Positions 19,885 to 28,664 of a stretch of 64,000 nucleotides of DNA are shown one piece after another. Position numbers and translations under genes: made by a program. Location of the stretch: contig JBPRGF010000026.1 of the NCBI GenBank assembly GCA_051418015.1, positions 14,430 through 78,429 on the forward strand, written 5' to 3'. The notes below the pieces were generated by a model. It saw nothing but the letters and a program-made list of their open reading frames with translations. It was not told where the DNA came from and searched no databases. Within the stretch, counting starts at the first letter, position 1. Each line of letters begins with the position of its first letter. Source of the stretch: Candidatus Nitrospinota bacterium M3_3B_026. GTDB lineage: Bacteria > Nitrospinota_A > UBA7883 > JBPRGF01.

Positions 19885-20442
19885 ATGGAAGAAAACATAC
19901 GCGCGAAGCTGCTGGAAGCCATCAGGGCGAAAGCCTACAAGACGGGAGAGTTCACCCTCGCCTCGGGCGAGAAGTCGAGCTATTACATAGACCTCAAGGA
20001 GGTCACCCTCGACGCCGCGGGGGCGCTGCTTACCGGCAGGGCCGTCTACGGGGTCATGAAAGACTGGGGCGCGGACGCCGCCGGGGGCATGGAGCTTGGC
20101 GCCGTTCCCATATCAACGGCGGTGAGTCTCGTGTCGGCCCTCGAGGGCGGAGCGGTCTCCAGCTTCATCGTCAGGAAAAAGGTCAAGGGCCATGGCGCCG
20201 GGAAAAGGATCGAGGGCGCCGTGGGGCCGGGCTCGAGGGTTGTGGTGGTGGAGGACGTGGTCAGCACCGGCGGCTCCAGCCTGAAGGCCGTGGAGGCTTT
20301 GCGGGAGGCCGGGGCGGAGATAGTCGGCGTTGTCCCGGTCGTGGACAGGGAGATGGGCGGCCGGGAGGTCTTCGAGAATAGAGGACTCCGTTACAGTCCC
20401 GTCTTCACGCTCTCCGATATCAAGGGCTCCGGCGGGCCGTGA
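19885..20442 (+). CDS. pyrE: Orotate phosphoribosyltransferase
   Basis: GEFTLASGEKSSYYID, RKKVKGHG, PRPP loop VVEDVVSTGGS. Confidence 0.95.
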   Translation: MEENIRAKLLEAIRAKAYKTGEFTLASGEKSSYYIDLKEVTLDAAGALLTGRAVYGVMKDWGADAAGGMELGAVPISTAVSLVSALEGGAVSSFIVRKKVKGHGAGKRIEGAVGPGSRVVVVEDVVSTGGSSLKAVEALREAGAEIVGVVPVVDREMGGREVFENRGLRYSPVFTLSDIKGSGGP

Positions 20443-20526
20443 GGCGGATAGGCCCGCAAAAGCCTTGACCGGCGCGCCCCGGGGGCTGATCTTAGATATA
20501 GAGACAACAGCCTTCCCGGAGGCGGT

Positions 20527-21351
20527 ATGACCACGGTCAGGAAACCGGCGGTGGCGGGGTATTTCTACCCCGGGATGAAAAGCTCCATAGAAGCCCAGAT
20601 GAAGGCCTTCGACGTCTCGGGCGTCGAGAAAGGGCCCGCTTACGGCCTCGTGGTCCCTCATGCCGGACACAAGTATTCCGGCCCGGTGGCGGCCAGGGTC
20701 TACGCCAGCGTCGAGGCGGCGGGAACGATCGTGATGCTCGGGCCGAACCACGGAGCGGGGGCGGGGTTCCTGGAGCCACCAAAAGCGGCGCTCATGGCCG
20801 AGGGTGAATGGGAGCTTCCCACAGGCGATGTCCCCGTGGACGACGGGCTGGCCGCCGATCTGCTGGCCGAGGCGCCCCTTTTGTCCGGCGCGCCGTGGGC
20901 CCACGAGGCCGAGCACTGCCTGGAGGTGCAGCTGCCGTTCGTACAGTATTTCATGGGCGGCGTCCGCATCGTCCCCATCCTGCTCTCCGGCCTCACGGAC
21001 GCGGAGGCGCTGGAGCTTGGCGAAGGAATCGCCCGGGGAATAGAACACTCCGGCAGGGACGCCATGCTCCTTGCCAGCACGGATTTCTCCCACTATGTGC
21101 CCCACGAGCTGGCCCGGGCGCAGGACATGAAGGCCATCGAGAAAATCATGGCGCTGGACGCGAAAGGCCTGCTGGAGGTGGTCCGGCGCGAGCGGATTTC
21201 GATGTGCGGCTATCTGCCGACGGCGGTTGTGATGGAAGCGTGCAGGCGGCTCGGCGCGAAGGAGGCGGTTCTCATAGACTACCAGACCTCCGGAGAAACC
21301 AGCGGGGACTATTCAAGCGTGGTCGGGTACGGCGGGCTGGTGATACGCTGA
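20527..21351 (+). CDS. amrB: MEMO1 family protein (AmmeMemoRadiSam system protein B)
   Basis: RKPAVAGYFYP, VPHAGHKYSG, GPNH, EHCLEVQLPF, ASTDFSHY, SMCG, VVGY. Confidence 0.92.
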   Translation: MTTVRKPAVAGYFYPGMKSSIEAQMKAFDVSGVEKGPAYGLVVPHAGHKYSGPVAARVYASVEAAGTIVMLGPNHGAGAGFLEPPKAALMAEGEWELPTGDVPVDDGLAADLLAEAPLLSGAPWAHEAEHCLEVQLPFVQYFMGGVRIVPILLSGLTDAEALELGEGIARGIEHSGRDAMLLASTDFSHYVPHELARAQDMKAIEKIMALDAKGLLEVVRRERISMCGYLPTAVVMEACRRLGAKEAVLIDYQTSGETSGDYSSVVGYGGLVIR

Positions 21352-21363
21352 CAGGGGGCGTTT

Positions 21364-21756
21364 TTACCTGTTTTTCAGGACGGCGGCCGAGGAGTAGACC
21401 CCGTAAATGGAGAAAAGGGCGCCGATGAGAAACTCCGAAAAGCTCGCCGAGCCCACGGCGCGGACGATGAACCACCCGCCCAGAACGACCAGCGCGGCGC
21501 CCAAGGAGAGAGTGAACAGCCTTGAGGCCAGCCTGCCCGCCGAGTAGGAGGCTTTCCGGCCCTTGATCTTGTAGCGCCACTTGACGGTCTCCATCGCCCG
21601 GCGGAGCCTTTCGGCCACCGGGGGCTTGCTGGAGAGGGGGACGCCGCAGAAAGAACACACCGATGCGTCCATCTTGTGCGGACATCCGCACTGTGGACAG
21701 GTCTGGTACCTGTCGGTAGCGTCGGGCGATCCTCGCCGTCCAGGGTCTGCGGGCAT
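21364..21756 (-). CDS. Hypothetical membrane protein with N-terminal zinc ribbon
   Basis: CPQC-x10-CSFC followed by two hydrophobic helices; immediately downstream of hda. Confidence 0.65.
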   Translation of the reverse strand: MPADPGRRGSPDATDRYQTCPQCGCPHKMDASVCSFCGVPLSSKPPVAERLRRAMETVKWRYKIKGRKASYSAGRLASRLFTLSLGAALVVLGGWFIVRAVGSASFSEFLIGALFSIYGVYSSAAVLKNR

Positions 21757-21760
21757 AAGG

Positions 21761-22483
21761 CTATTCCAAGGCCTCCTTAATTAGGTTTATACTGACTTTG
21801 CGCCCGGTTGTCAAGGAATACCGGTCCACCCTCTCGAGCGCCTCCATCAGGCTTTCGGGGTCCCTCGGCAGGCGTGTTACAAGCCACCGGGCGGCGGCCT
21901 CCGGCAGGACGAACCCCGCGTCCGAGGCCATTTTCACCAGGGCGGCGGACATCCCCTCGTCCCCCACGGGCTCCAGCCTGAGCACCTGCCCCCAGAGAAG
22001 GCGTGTCTTGAGATGGTCGTTGAAAATCCACCGGGAGGGCGCCGCCTCGACGGCCGCGGCGATCCTCCCCCCTCCCTCCGCCACGGCGTTGTAGAGGTGG
22101 AACACCTGCTCCTCGGCGGCCTTGTCCCCGGCCGCGAGGTCCAGGTTGTCCATGGCCAGGAAGGCGGCGTTCTCGTATTTCGCCGTGAACCGCTTTATCC
22201 TTTCGTAGGCGCCCGCTTCCATCGTCTTCTCCGCCAGGACGCCCACGTCGAGGTAGAGGGCAGCGCCGCCGCCCGCCAGCTCCTTCACCCTCCTGCCCAT
22301 GGCCGACAGCAGGTGTGTCTTGCCCGCGCCCCTCGGGCCGTGGAGAGCAAGGCTTTTCGGCTGGCCCGGCGCGCCCTCGGCGAAGGCCCGGCATAGCCTG
22401 AGGGTCTTTGCGTTCCTGCCGTCGCTTGCGAAGTTTTCGAAGCTGTCCTTCCTGTGGGCCGGAAAGGGGAACTTAAGCTGCAT
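21761..22483 (-). CDS. hda: DnaA regulatory inactivator Hda-like AAA+ protein
   Basis: N-terminal clamp-binding-like QLKFPF, SFENF, Walker A GPRGAGKTHLL, Walker B AMDNLD, FHLYN, LKTRLLWG; lacks DnaA domain IV. Confidence 0.85.
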   Translation of the reverse strand: MQLKFPFPAHRKDSFENFASDGRNAKTLRLCRAFAEGAPGQPKSLALHGPRGAGKTHLLSAMGRRVKELAGGGAALYLDVGVLAEKTMEAGAYERIKRFTAKYENAAFLAMDNLDLAAGDKAAEEQVFHLYNAVAEGGGRIAAAVEAAPSRWIFNDHLKTRLLWGQVLRLEPVGDEGMSAALVKMASDAGFVLPEAAARWLVTRLPRDPESLMEALERVDRYSLTTGRKVSINLIKEALE

Positions 22484-22516
22484 TTTTCAATGATGGAGCC
22501 TGAATTTTTCCGGGTT

Positions 22517-22719
22517 TGTTGAAAAAGCCCCGGCGCGGGAAGAGAAAAAGCCCGCGAAAGGCCTTGACAAACCTCGCCCTTCTCGTAAACGCTTTGTTAT
22601 CAAAGGGTTGCGATATCGCCGCATTTTTGGGCAATCTGTTATAAATCGTTAATTTTTAATTATTTTTTAATCCTCGCCCCCCGGTTTTCAACAGCTCTTT
22701 CCACAGCTTTTGTGGAAGA
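22517..22719. promoter_or_regulatory. DnaA-box cluster, IHF site and AT-rich tract (candidate oriC/datA/DARS-type locus)
   Basis: DnaA-box-like 9-mers at 22517-25, 22685-93, 22697-705 and 22711-19; exact IHF consensus TATCAAAGGGTTG at 22598-610; near-pure AT tract about 22637-22671. Confidence 0.55.
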
Positions 22720-22806
22720 TCGGCCCGGCCGCGGAAAAACCGTATCCGGACCCTTGTTGACCGTGAGGGCGTCCGGGACTAGAATAGCAGAAAAACCCCG
22801 GACGAC

Positions 22807-24645
22807 ATGGAAAACACGACCTGCCGCGCATCCCACGAAAGCACAGTGAGAGTCCTGTCCGACGGCGTGGCCAACCAGATCGCCGCCGGGGAGGTGGTGG
22901 AGCGTCCCGCCTCCATCGTGAAGGAGCTTCTGGAGAACTCCCTGGACGCCGGGGCGGGGTCGCTGGGCGTCTTTTTGCGAAACGGCGGCAAGTCCCATAT
23001 CGAGGTGGTCGACGACGGGTCGGGGATGGGGCGCGACGACGCCCTGGCCGCCTTCGAGCGGCACGCCACAAGCAAGATAAGCGGCGCGGAGGATCTGAAG
23101 GCCATATCCACCCTCGGTTTCCGCGGCGAGGCGCTGCCGTCGATAGCGTCGGTGACAAGGCTCTCCCTGACCACCTGCGTGGCGGACGCCACTTCCGGCG
23201 TCGAGGTGGCGGTGGAGGGGGGCAGGCTGCTGGATGTGAGAGAAGCGCCCCCCATCCCCGGGACGAGGGTCGAGGCGCGGGACCTTTTTTTCAACACCCC
23301 CGCCAGGCGCAAGTTTTTGAGGTCGGAGGCCGTGGAGGCCGGGCACATCCAGGAGGCGGTGATACGCCAGGCCCTGGCCCGGCCCGGGGCCGCCTTCAGG
23401 CTTGTCAGGGACGGCAGGCCGGTAATGGACGCCCCGGCCGTTTCGGGCGAGGACGCTCTTTTCGACAGGATCGCCGCCCTTTTCGGGCGGGGGATACTCT
23501 CCGAGATCACCCCGGTCGCCCATGAAAGCTCGGGGATGCGCCTCTCCGGCTTCATATCGAAGCCCGGCCTTTCGAGGTCCAGGGGCAGGCTCCAGTACAT
23601 CTACGTCAACGGGCGCTACCTGCGGGACAGGTCGATAGGCCGGGCCCTGGTGGAGGGATACCGCTCCCTTCTGCCGAAAGGCAGGAGCCCCGTGGCCTTC
23701 CTGTTTCTCGAGATACCCCCGGAGAGGGTGGACGTGAACGTCCATCCGGCCAAGACGGAGGCGCGGTTCGCCGACGGGTGGGCCGTTTTCCGCCTGGTCA
23801 GGGAGGGGGTCTTCGAGGCGCTGAGGGGCTCGAGGGGCGGAGCGGGGCGGGCCGAGCCGGAGCCGCCCGCCGGCGAAGGGGCGGAGAAGGCTGTTTCGGA
23901 GGACGGGCCGTGGGGCGTTACGGCCGGTCCCTTGAGGCGCAGGCCCTCTTTTCGCGAGCCCGTGGCCTCCTTGGAGCGGGAGGAGGCGGAGAGCCCCGCC
24001 GTGGGCGGTTTTCCGGAGGGCGCTGTCCGCGAGGCGCCGGACCTTTTCCGCTCCGGGCCTTCGTCTTTCTCCGGAGTGAGGGCCGTGGGCCAGATATTCG
24101 ACTCGTTCATCCTCGTGGAGGAGGGCGGCCGCCTTCTTTTGCTGGACCAGCACACGGCCCACGAGCGGATACTTTACGAAAGCCTGACCAGGAAATACAG
24201 GGAGGGGAGAGTAGACGCCCAGGAGCTTCTGTTCCCGGTGGAGGTGGAGCTTTCGCCCCGGGACGCGGCCCACATCAAGGGGCGGCTCGACGACCTTGAG
24301 AGGCTGGGGATAGTTTTGGAGGAGTTCGGGGAAGGCTTTTTCACCCTGCGCCGTGTTCCGTCCATCCTGGCCGGAGCCGACCTTGGGGCCGTTGTCATGG
24401 AGATAGCCGGGCGGGCGGCCCTTTTCGACGACGGGGCGGGGCTCGACCGGCTGGCGGAGGAGGCCATAAACATAATGGCCTGCAGAGGCGCCGTGAAGGC
24501 CGGTCAGAGGCTCGACAAGAGGGAGATAACGGCGCTGGTGGAAAGGCTCGAGGGGCTTGACCTGCCTTATACATGCCCCCACGGACGGCCCGTGGCCCTC
24601 GCCGTGGACAGGGAAGAGATCCTCAGGATGTTCATGAGAAAATAA
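22807..24645 (+). CDS. mutL: DNA mismatch repair endonuclease MutL
   Basis: ANQIAAGEVVERP, KELLENSLDAG, GFRGEAL, DVNVHPAK, DQHTAHERILYE, CPHGRP. Confidence 0.98.
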   Translation: MENTTCRASHESTVRVLSDGVANQIAAGEVVERPASIVKELLENSLDAGAGSLGVFLRNGGKSHIEVVDDGSGMGRDDALAAFERHATSKISGAEDLKAISTLGFRGEALPSIASVTRLSLTTCVADATSGVEVAVEGGRLLDVREAPPIPGTRVEARDLFFNTPARRKFLRSEAVEAGHIQEAVIRQALARPGAAFRLVRDGRPVMDAPAVSGEDALFDRIAALFGRGILSEITPVAHESSGMRLSGFISKPGLSRSRGRLQYIYVNGRYLRDRSIGRALVEGYRSLLPKGRSPVAFLFLEIPPERVDVNVHPAKTEARFADGWAVFRLVREGVFEALRGSRGGAGRAEPEPPAGEGAEKAVSEDGPWGVTAGPLRRRPSFREPVASLEREEAESPAVGGFPEGAVREAPDLFRSGPSSFSGVRAVGQIFDSFILVEEGGRLLLLDQHTAHERILYESLTRKYREGRVDAQELLFPVEVELSPRDAAHIKGRLDDLERLGIVLEEFGEGFFTLRRVPSILAGADLGAVVMEIAGRAALFDDGAGLDRLAEEAINIMACRGAVKAGQRLDKREITALVERLEGLDLPYTCPHGRPVALAVDREEILRMFMRK

Positions 24646-24657
24646 CGGCCTTTTTCG

Positions 24658-27600
24658 TCATGCGCCGCCCTGGCGGGCGGCGAGGGCCGCCTTTATCTCG
24701 GCGAATCTTGACTTCAACTCCTCCAATGCCTTTTCGGCTCCGGCGATGTCCTTCTCCCGTCCCTTCCTCTCCAGCCGTTCCGCCACGCCGGTCAGCGCCA
24801 CGGCCTCGAACTGCGAGGCGGTCCCCTTGATGAGGTGCGCCTGGCTCTCGACGCCGCTGAAGTCCCCGGCGGCCAGGGCGGCCTCCGCGGCGGCTATGCT
24901 TTTCGAGGCGGAGTCCGCGAAAATGGTGAAAAGCTCCTCCAGGCCGTCGGCGCCGAAGATCAGCCGCAACTCCTCGAGGTCGAAAAGCCCCTCCAGCCCG
25001 GGGCCGCCGTCCGCGTCCCGGGCGCGGCGGGGGGAGACTCTGCCGATTTTTTCGGCCATGTCCTTTATCTTAATAGGTTTGGGGATGTAGTCGTCCATGC
25101 CCGCCTCGAGACACATCTCCCTGTCGCCCTTCATGGCCCTTGCGGTGAGGGCGATTATTGGGATGCGTTCGCCCCTTGTTTTTTCTTTTTCGCGGATGGC
25201 CCTGGCCGCCTGGAACCCGTCCATCTCCGGCATCTGCACATCCATCAGGACAAGGTCGAAGTCCCCCTTCTCCCACATCTCCACGGCCTCTTTTCCGTTT
25301 TCAGCCACGGCCACCCTGTGCCCCATCTTCTCCAGGGTCCTCTCGGCGACCCTGAGGTTGACCGGGTTGTCCTCGGCCAGCAGTATGTCGAGGCCGCCCT
25401 TGGCGAGGGGCGGCAGCCGCTCCGGGCCGCGTTTTCCGTCCTCTGCGCCGCTGAGGCCGAGGACGTCCAGGATGGCGTTGTGCAGGTCTTTGCGCTTTAC
25501 AGGTTTCGGCAGACGCGCGTCCGCTCCTTTCCCGCTGTCCTTTTTCGCCCTGTCCGGCCCGGCGGAGGTAAGCAGGATCACCTTCAGGGAGCGCAGCGCA
25601 GGGTCGCGCCTTATCCGTTCGATCACCTCCCGTCCGTTCAGGCCCGGCATCTTCTGGTCCAGCAGGACAAGGCCGAACGGCGCTCCCCGCGCCACGGCCT
25701 CGGCGAGGACGCGCAGGGCCTCTTCTCCGCTCGCGCTCTCCGCGGCCTCCACGCCCCAGCGCGACAGGAGCCCGCCCAGTATCTTTCTGTTGGCCCGGTT
25801 GTCGTCCACCACCAGCGCCCGGACGGAGCGCAACCTTTTTTCGATTCTGGCGCTGTCCTCCGGCGCCGGCGTCTCCTCCTTTTCATTCTCATTGATCTTG
25901 AAAGGGGCGGTGAAATAGAACCTGCTGCCCTCGCCGGGCCTGCTCTGAAGCCATATCCGGCCGCCGAGAAGCTCCACGACCCTTTTCGCTATGGTGACGC
26001 CGAGGCCCGTCCCGCCGAACCTGCGGGTGGTTGAGCTGTCGGCCTGGGTGAAGCTTTCGAATATCCTTTCCTGCTGGTCCTCCGGTATGCCTATGCCCGT
26101 GTCCCTGACCATGAAAAGCATGACGGCGCGCCCGTCCCCGTCCTTCTCGATGTTCGCGCCAAGCTCCACCTCCCCCCGCTCCGTGAACTTTACGGCGTTC
26201 GCCAGCAGGTTGTTTATCACCTGTTTCAGGCGGGCCTGGTCGCCGATCAGGGAGTCGGGGACGCCCGGGTCCACGGAGACCATTATCTCGAGCCCCTTGC
26301 GCTGGGCGTGGGCGGCCATCGGCTCGGCGCTTTTCTCCAGGACTTCCCGGAGGCGGAAGGGCGCCTCCTCCAGCTCCAGCTTGCCCGCCTCGATCTTGGA
26401 GAAGTCGAGTATCTCGTTTATCACCTCGAGCAGCGTTTCTCCCGAGGAGAGCGCCATCTCCAGATACTCCCTCTGCTCCTCCGTCAGGTCCGTGCCGAGG
26501 GCCAGCTCCGTCATGCCTATGACGGCGTTGAGGGGGGTGCGTATCTCGTGGCTCATGTTGGCCAGAAACTCGGACTTGGCCCGGCTCGCCGCCTCGGCCC
26601 TTTCCATGGCGTCTTTCGTGTTCTGCTCGGCCAGCTTGCGGTCGGTTATGTCCGTGGCGATCTCGAGGCGGACGATCCTGTCGTCCACCCATCTTATCGC
26701 CCGGTCGCTTATCTTGTACCACCGTCCGTTGGCGGTGTTCTGGAACTCCCACTCGTAGAGCCCCGACGGCTGGCCGCCGGGGCTGAGCAGCTTGTCGTTG
26801 GTGCAGAAAGAGCAGGGGCCGTCCTGCCCCGCCTGGAAGGTCTTCCAGCAGGTTTTCCCGATGACGTCGCCGAATATCTCCCTGACGAACTTATTGGCGA
26901 AGAGGATGTCGTAGTTGTCCATGTCCGCCACGTATACCGCCGCGGCGAGGCTGTCCATGACGGTGGCGAAGGTTTCGTTGGACTGTTTGATCGCCTCGGC
27001 GGCCCTCCTGGCCTGGGTGATGTCCTTGGCGATGCCGTGCGCGCCGATTATGCGCCCGTTCACGACGAGGGGCATGATGGAGACGTCGAGGTCCACCTTG
27101 CCGCCGTTTTTGTCCAGGATGGCCGTCTCCAGCCGTTGGGGCCGCCCGCCGAGAACGCCGGCGAAGGCCGCCTCGGCCTTTTCCATGTCATCCGGCGCCA
27201 CGAGGTCCCTGAAGTTCAGCTCCCGCGCCTCGCTCTCGCTGTATCCGCTTATCCTCTCCGCGGCGGGGTTTATCATGGTGACCCATCCTTCGAGGTCGAG
27301 CGAGAAGACGGCGTCGGGGTTATACAGATAAAGCGCCCGCAGCCTCTCCTCGTTTTCCATGAGGGTCTCCTTGACCCTCATGTTCTCCGTGATGTCGAGC
27401 GAGTAGCCGATCATCCCCACAGGGTTTCCCGCCCGGCCGCGGATCATGGAAAGGGAAAGGTGGGCGTAGAAAGTCTCGCCGGACTTTCTGACCATCCGGA
27501 CCTCCACCTCGTGGGCGCCCTTTTCCTTCAGCGGGGCGATGACGCCGCGTTCGAGAAAATCGTGGTCCCGCTCCAGGTAGACCATCCGGATGTGCTCGCC

Positions 27601-27756
27601 CAGGGCCTCTTCCCTCTTGTGGCCGAACATGCGTTCGGCGCCCCTGTTCCACCCGGTGATCCTGCCCTCCAGGTCCGTGGAGACCACGGAGTCGTGGATC
27701 TGGTCCAGTATCTGCTCATGCGGGAAGATGCTCTCCGCCGTCTCTGTCTTTTTCAC
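24658..27756 (-). CDS. Cytoplasmic hybrid sensor histidine kinase (PAS x3-HisKA-HATPase-REC-REC-Hpt)
   Basis: PAS motifs (WNRGAERMFG, INPAAERISGY), FLANMSHEIRTPLN, DTGIGI, GGTGLG, two receivers, Hpt AHLIKGTAS; no TM segment. Confidence 0.93.
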   Translation of the reverse strand: MKKTETAESIFPHEQILDQIHDSVVSTDLEGRITGWNRGAERMFGHKREEALGEHIRMVYLERDHDFLERGVIAPLKEKGAHEVEVRMVRKSGETFYAHLSLSMIRGRAGNPVGMIGYSLDITENMRVKETLMENEERLRALYLYNPDAVFSLDLEGWVTMINPAAERISGYSESEARELNFRDLVAPDDMEKAEAAFAGVLGGRPQRLETAILDKNGGKVDLDVSIMPLVVNGRIIGAHGIAKDITQARRAAEAIKQSNETFATVMDSLAAAVYVADMDNYDILFANKFVREIFGDVIGKTCWKTFQAGQDGPCSFCTNDKLLSPGGQPSGLYEWEFQNTANGRWYKISDRAIRWVDDRIVRLEIATDITDRKLAEQNTKDAMERAEAASRAKSEFLANMSHEIRTPLNAVIGMTELALGTDLTEEQREYLEMALSSGETLLEVINEILDFSKIEAGKLELEEAPFRLREVLEKSAEPMAAHAQRKGLEIMVSVDPGVPDSLIGDQARLKQVINNLLANAVKFTERGEVELGANIEKDGDGRAVMLFMVRDTGIGIPEDQQERIFESFTQADSSTTRRFGGTGLGVTIAKRVVELLGGRIWLQSRPGEGSRFYFTAPFKINENEKEETPAPEDSARIEKRLRSVRALVVDDNRANRKILGGLLSRWGVEAAESASGEEALRVLAEAVARGAPFGLVLLDQKMPGLNGREVIERIRRDPALRSLKVILLTSAGPDRAKKDSGKGADARLPKPVKRKDLHNAILDVLGLSGAEDGKRGPERLPPLAKGGLDILLAEDNPVNLRVAERTLEKMGHRVAVAENGKEAVEMWEKGDFDLVLMDVQMPEMDGFQAARAIREKEKTRGERIPIIALTARAMKGDREMCLEAGMDDYIPKPIKIKDMAEKIGRVSPRRARDADGGPGLEGLFDLEELRLIFGADGLEELFTIFADSASKSIAAAEAALAAGDFSGVESQAHLIKGTASQFEAVALTGVAERLERKGREKDIAGAEKALEELKSRFAEIKAALAARQGGA

Positions 27757-28233
27757 AGGCCCTCCGCCGCCCGGCGGGATGGCGCCACGCCGTCATGGGC
27801 GCCTCCGGAAGGTTCCGCCATGCCCCGGCCGCGAGTTAAAAACACCCGGTGTTCCCGCGCCCCGCGGGAAGAGATCGCCCTTCAAAGCAGGCTCGAAAGC
27901 CTGCGGCGCGCTGAAATGACCACCGGTGAGATCGGATCTCCAGAACAAACAGCGAAAACCCGCCAACTTCAAGCCCCGCGGGCTTTTTTCCACTCCACTG
28001 ACATCGCTTTTATTATACCAATCAATTGAGCTTTCAAAAAATGATTCCGGGCCCGGGCCCGGGGGACGGCTGTGACATCGCCGGGGGCGCCGCCCGGCAT
28101 GACGGATTAGATGCGGATCAACCCCTCACCGTTTCCGTCAGCGCGAGGCGGGATGCAGGGGGGCCAGGCGGGCCGGGGCGGCGGGAGGCTTCAACCTCGG
28201 CGAGGTGGGGCGCGGGCATCGCCGCCTGATGTG

Positions 28234-28614
28234 TCAGTCCTGCTCCATCCTGGCGCTTCGCTCCAGCACTTCCTTTATCGTGGCCTTGAGTTGGTCCAGG
28301 TTGAAAGACTTCACGACGTAGGCCTCGGAGGCCCATATCTTGAAGTCCTTTTTGTAGTCGGAGTAGGCGGTGCAGAGGACCACCGGGGTTTTTTTGTCCT
28401 TTTCGCGGAACTTGCGCAGAAACTCTATTCCGTCCATCCCCGGCATCTTGATGTCCAGAGTTATAAGGTCCGGCTCGAACTCCGGGATCTTCTTCTCCGC
28501 GTCCATGGCGTCCTTGGCCGTCTCGACCTCGTACCCCGCCTCCATCAGCTCCTCCTTGTAGAGGAGGCGGATGTTTTCCTCGTCATCCACCACGAGAATC
28601 TTTGTCCTGGCCAA
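28234..28614 (-). CDS. Single-domain response regulator
   Basis: ILVVDDE, LITLDIKMPGMDG; TTG start; follows a kinase gene. Confidence 0.9.
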   Translation of the reverse strand: MARTKILVVDDEENIRLLYKEELMEAGYEVETAKDAMDAEKKIPEFEPDLITLDIKMPGMDGIEFLRKFREKDKKTPVVLCTAYSDYKKDFKIWASEAYVVKSFNLDQLKATIKEVLERSARMEQD

Positions 28615-28664
28615 TTTGGCGTCTCCGAAAAACGCTATGAAAAAGCTTGTTTTACAAAAGAATA

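Noticed and set aside
20527..21351. Complete AmmeMemoRadiSam system
   Set aside because: Only the MEMO (B) gene is present; AMMECR1 and radical SAM partners are not adjacent, and dispersal is common.
27760..28230. Small ORFs and hairpin GCAGGCTCGAAAGCCTGC upstream of the hybrid kinase
   Set aside because: The ORFs lack coding features; the single short hairpin may be a REP remnant, but there is no second copy in the window.
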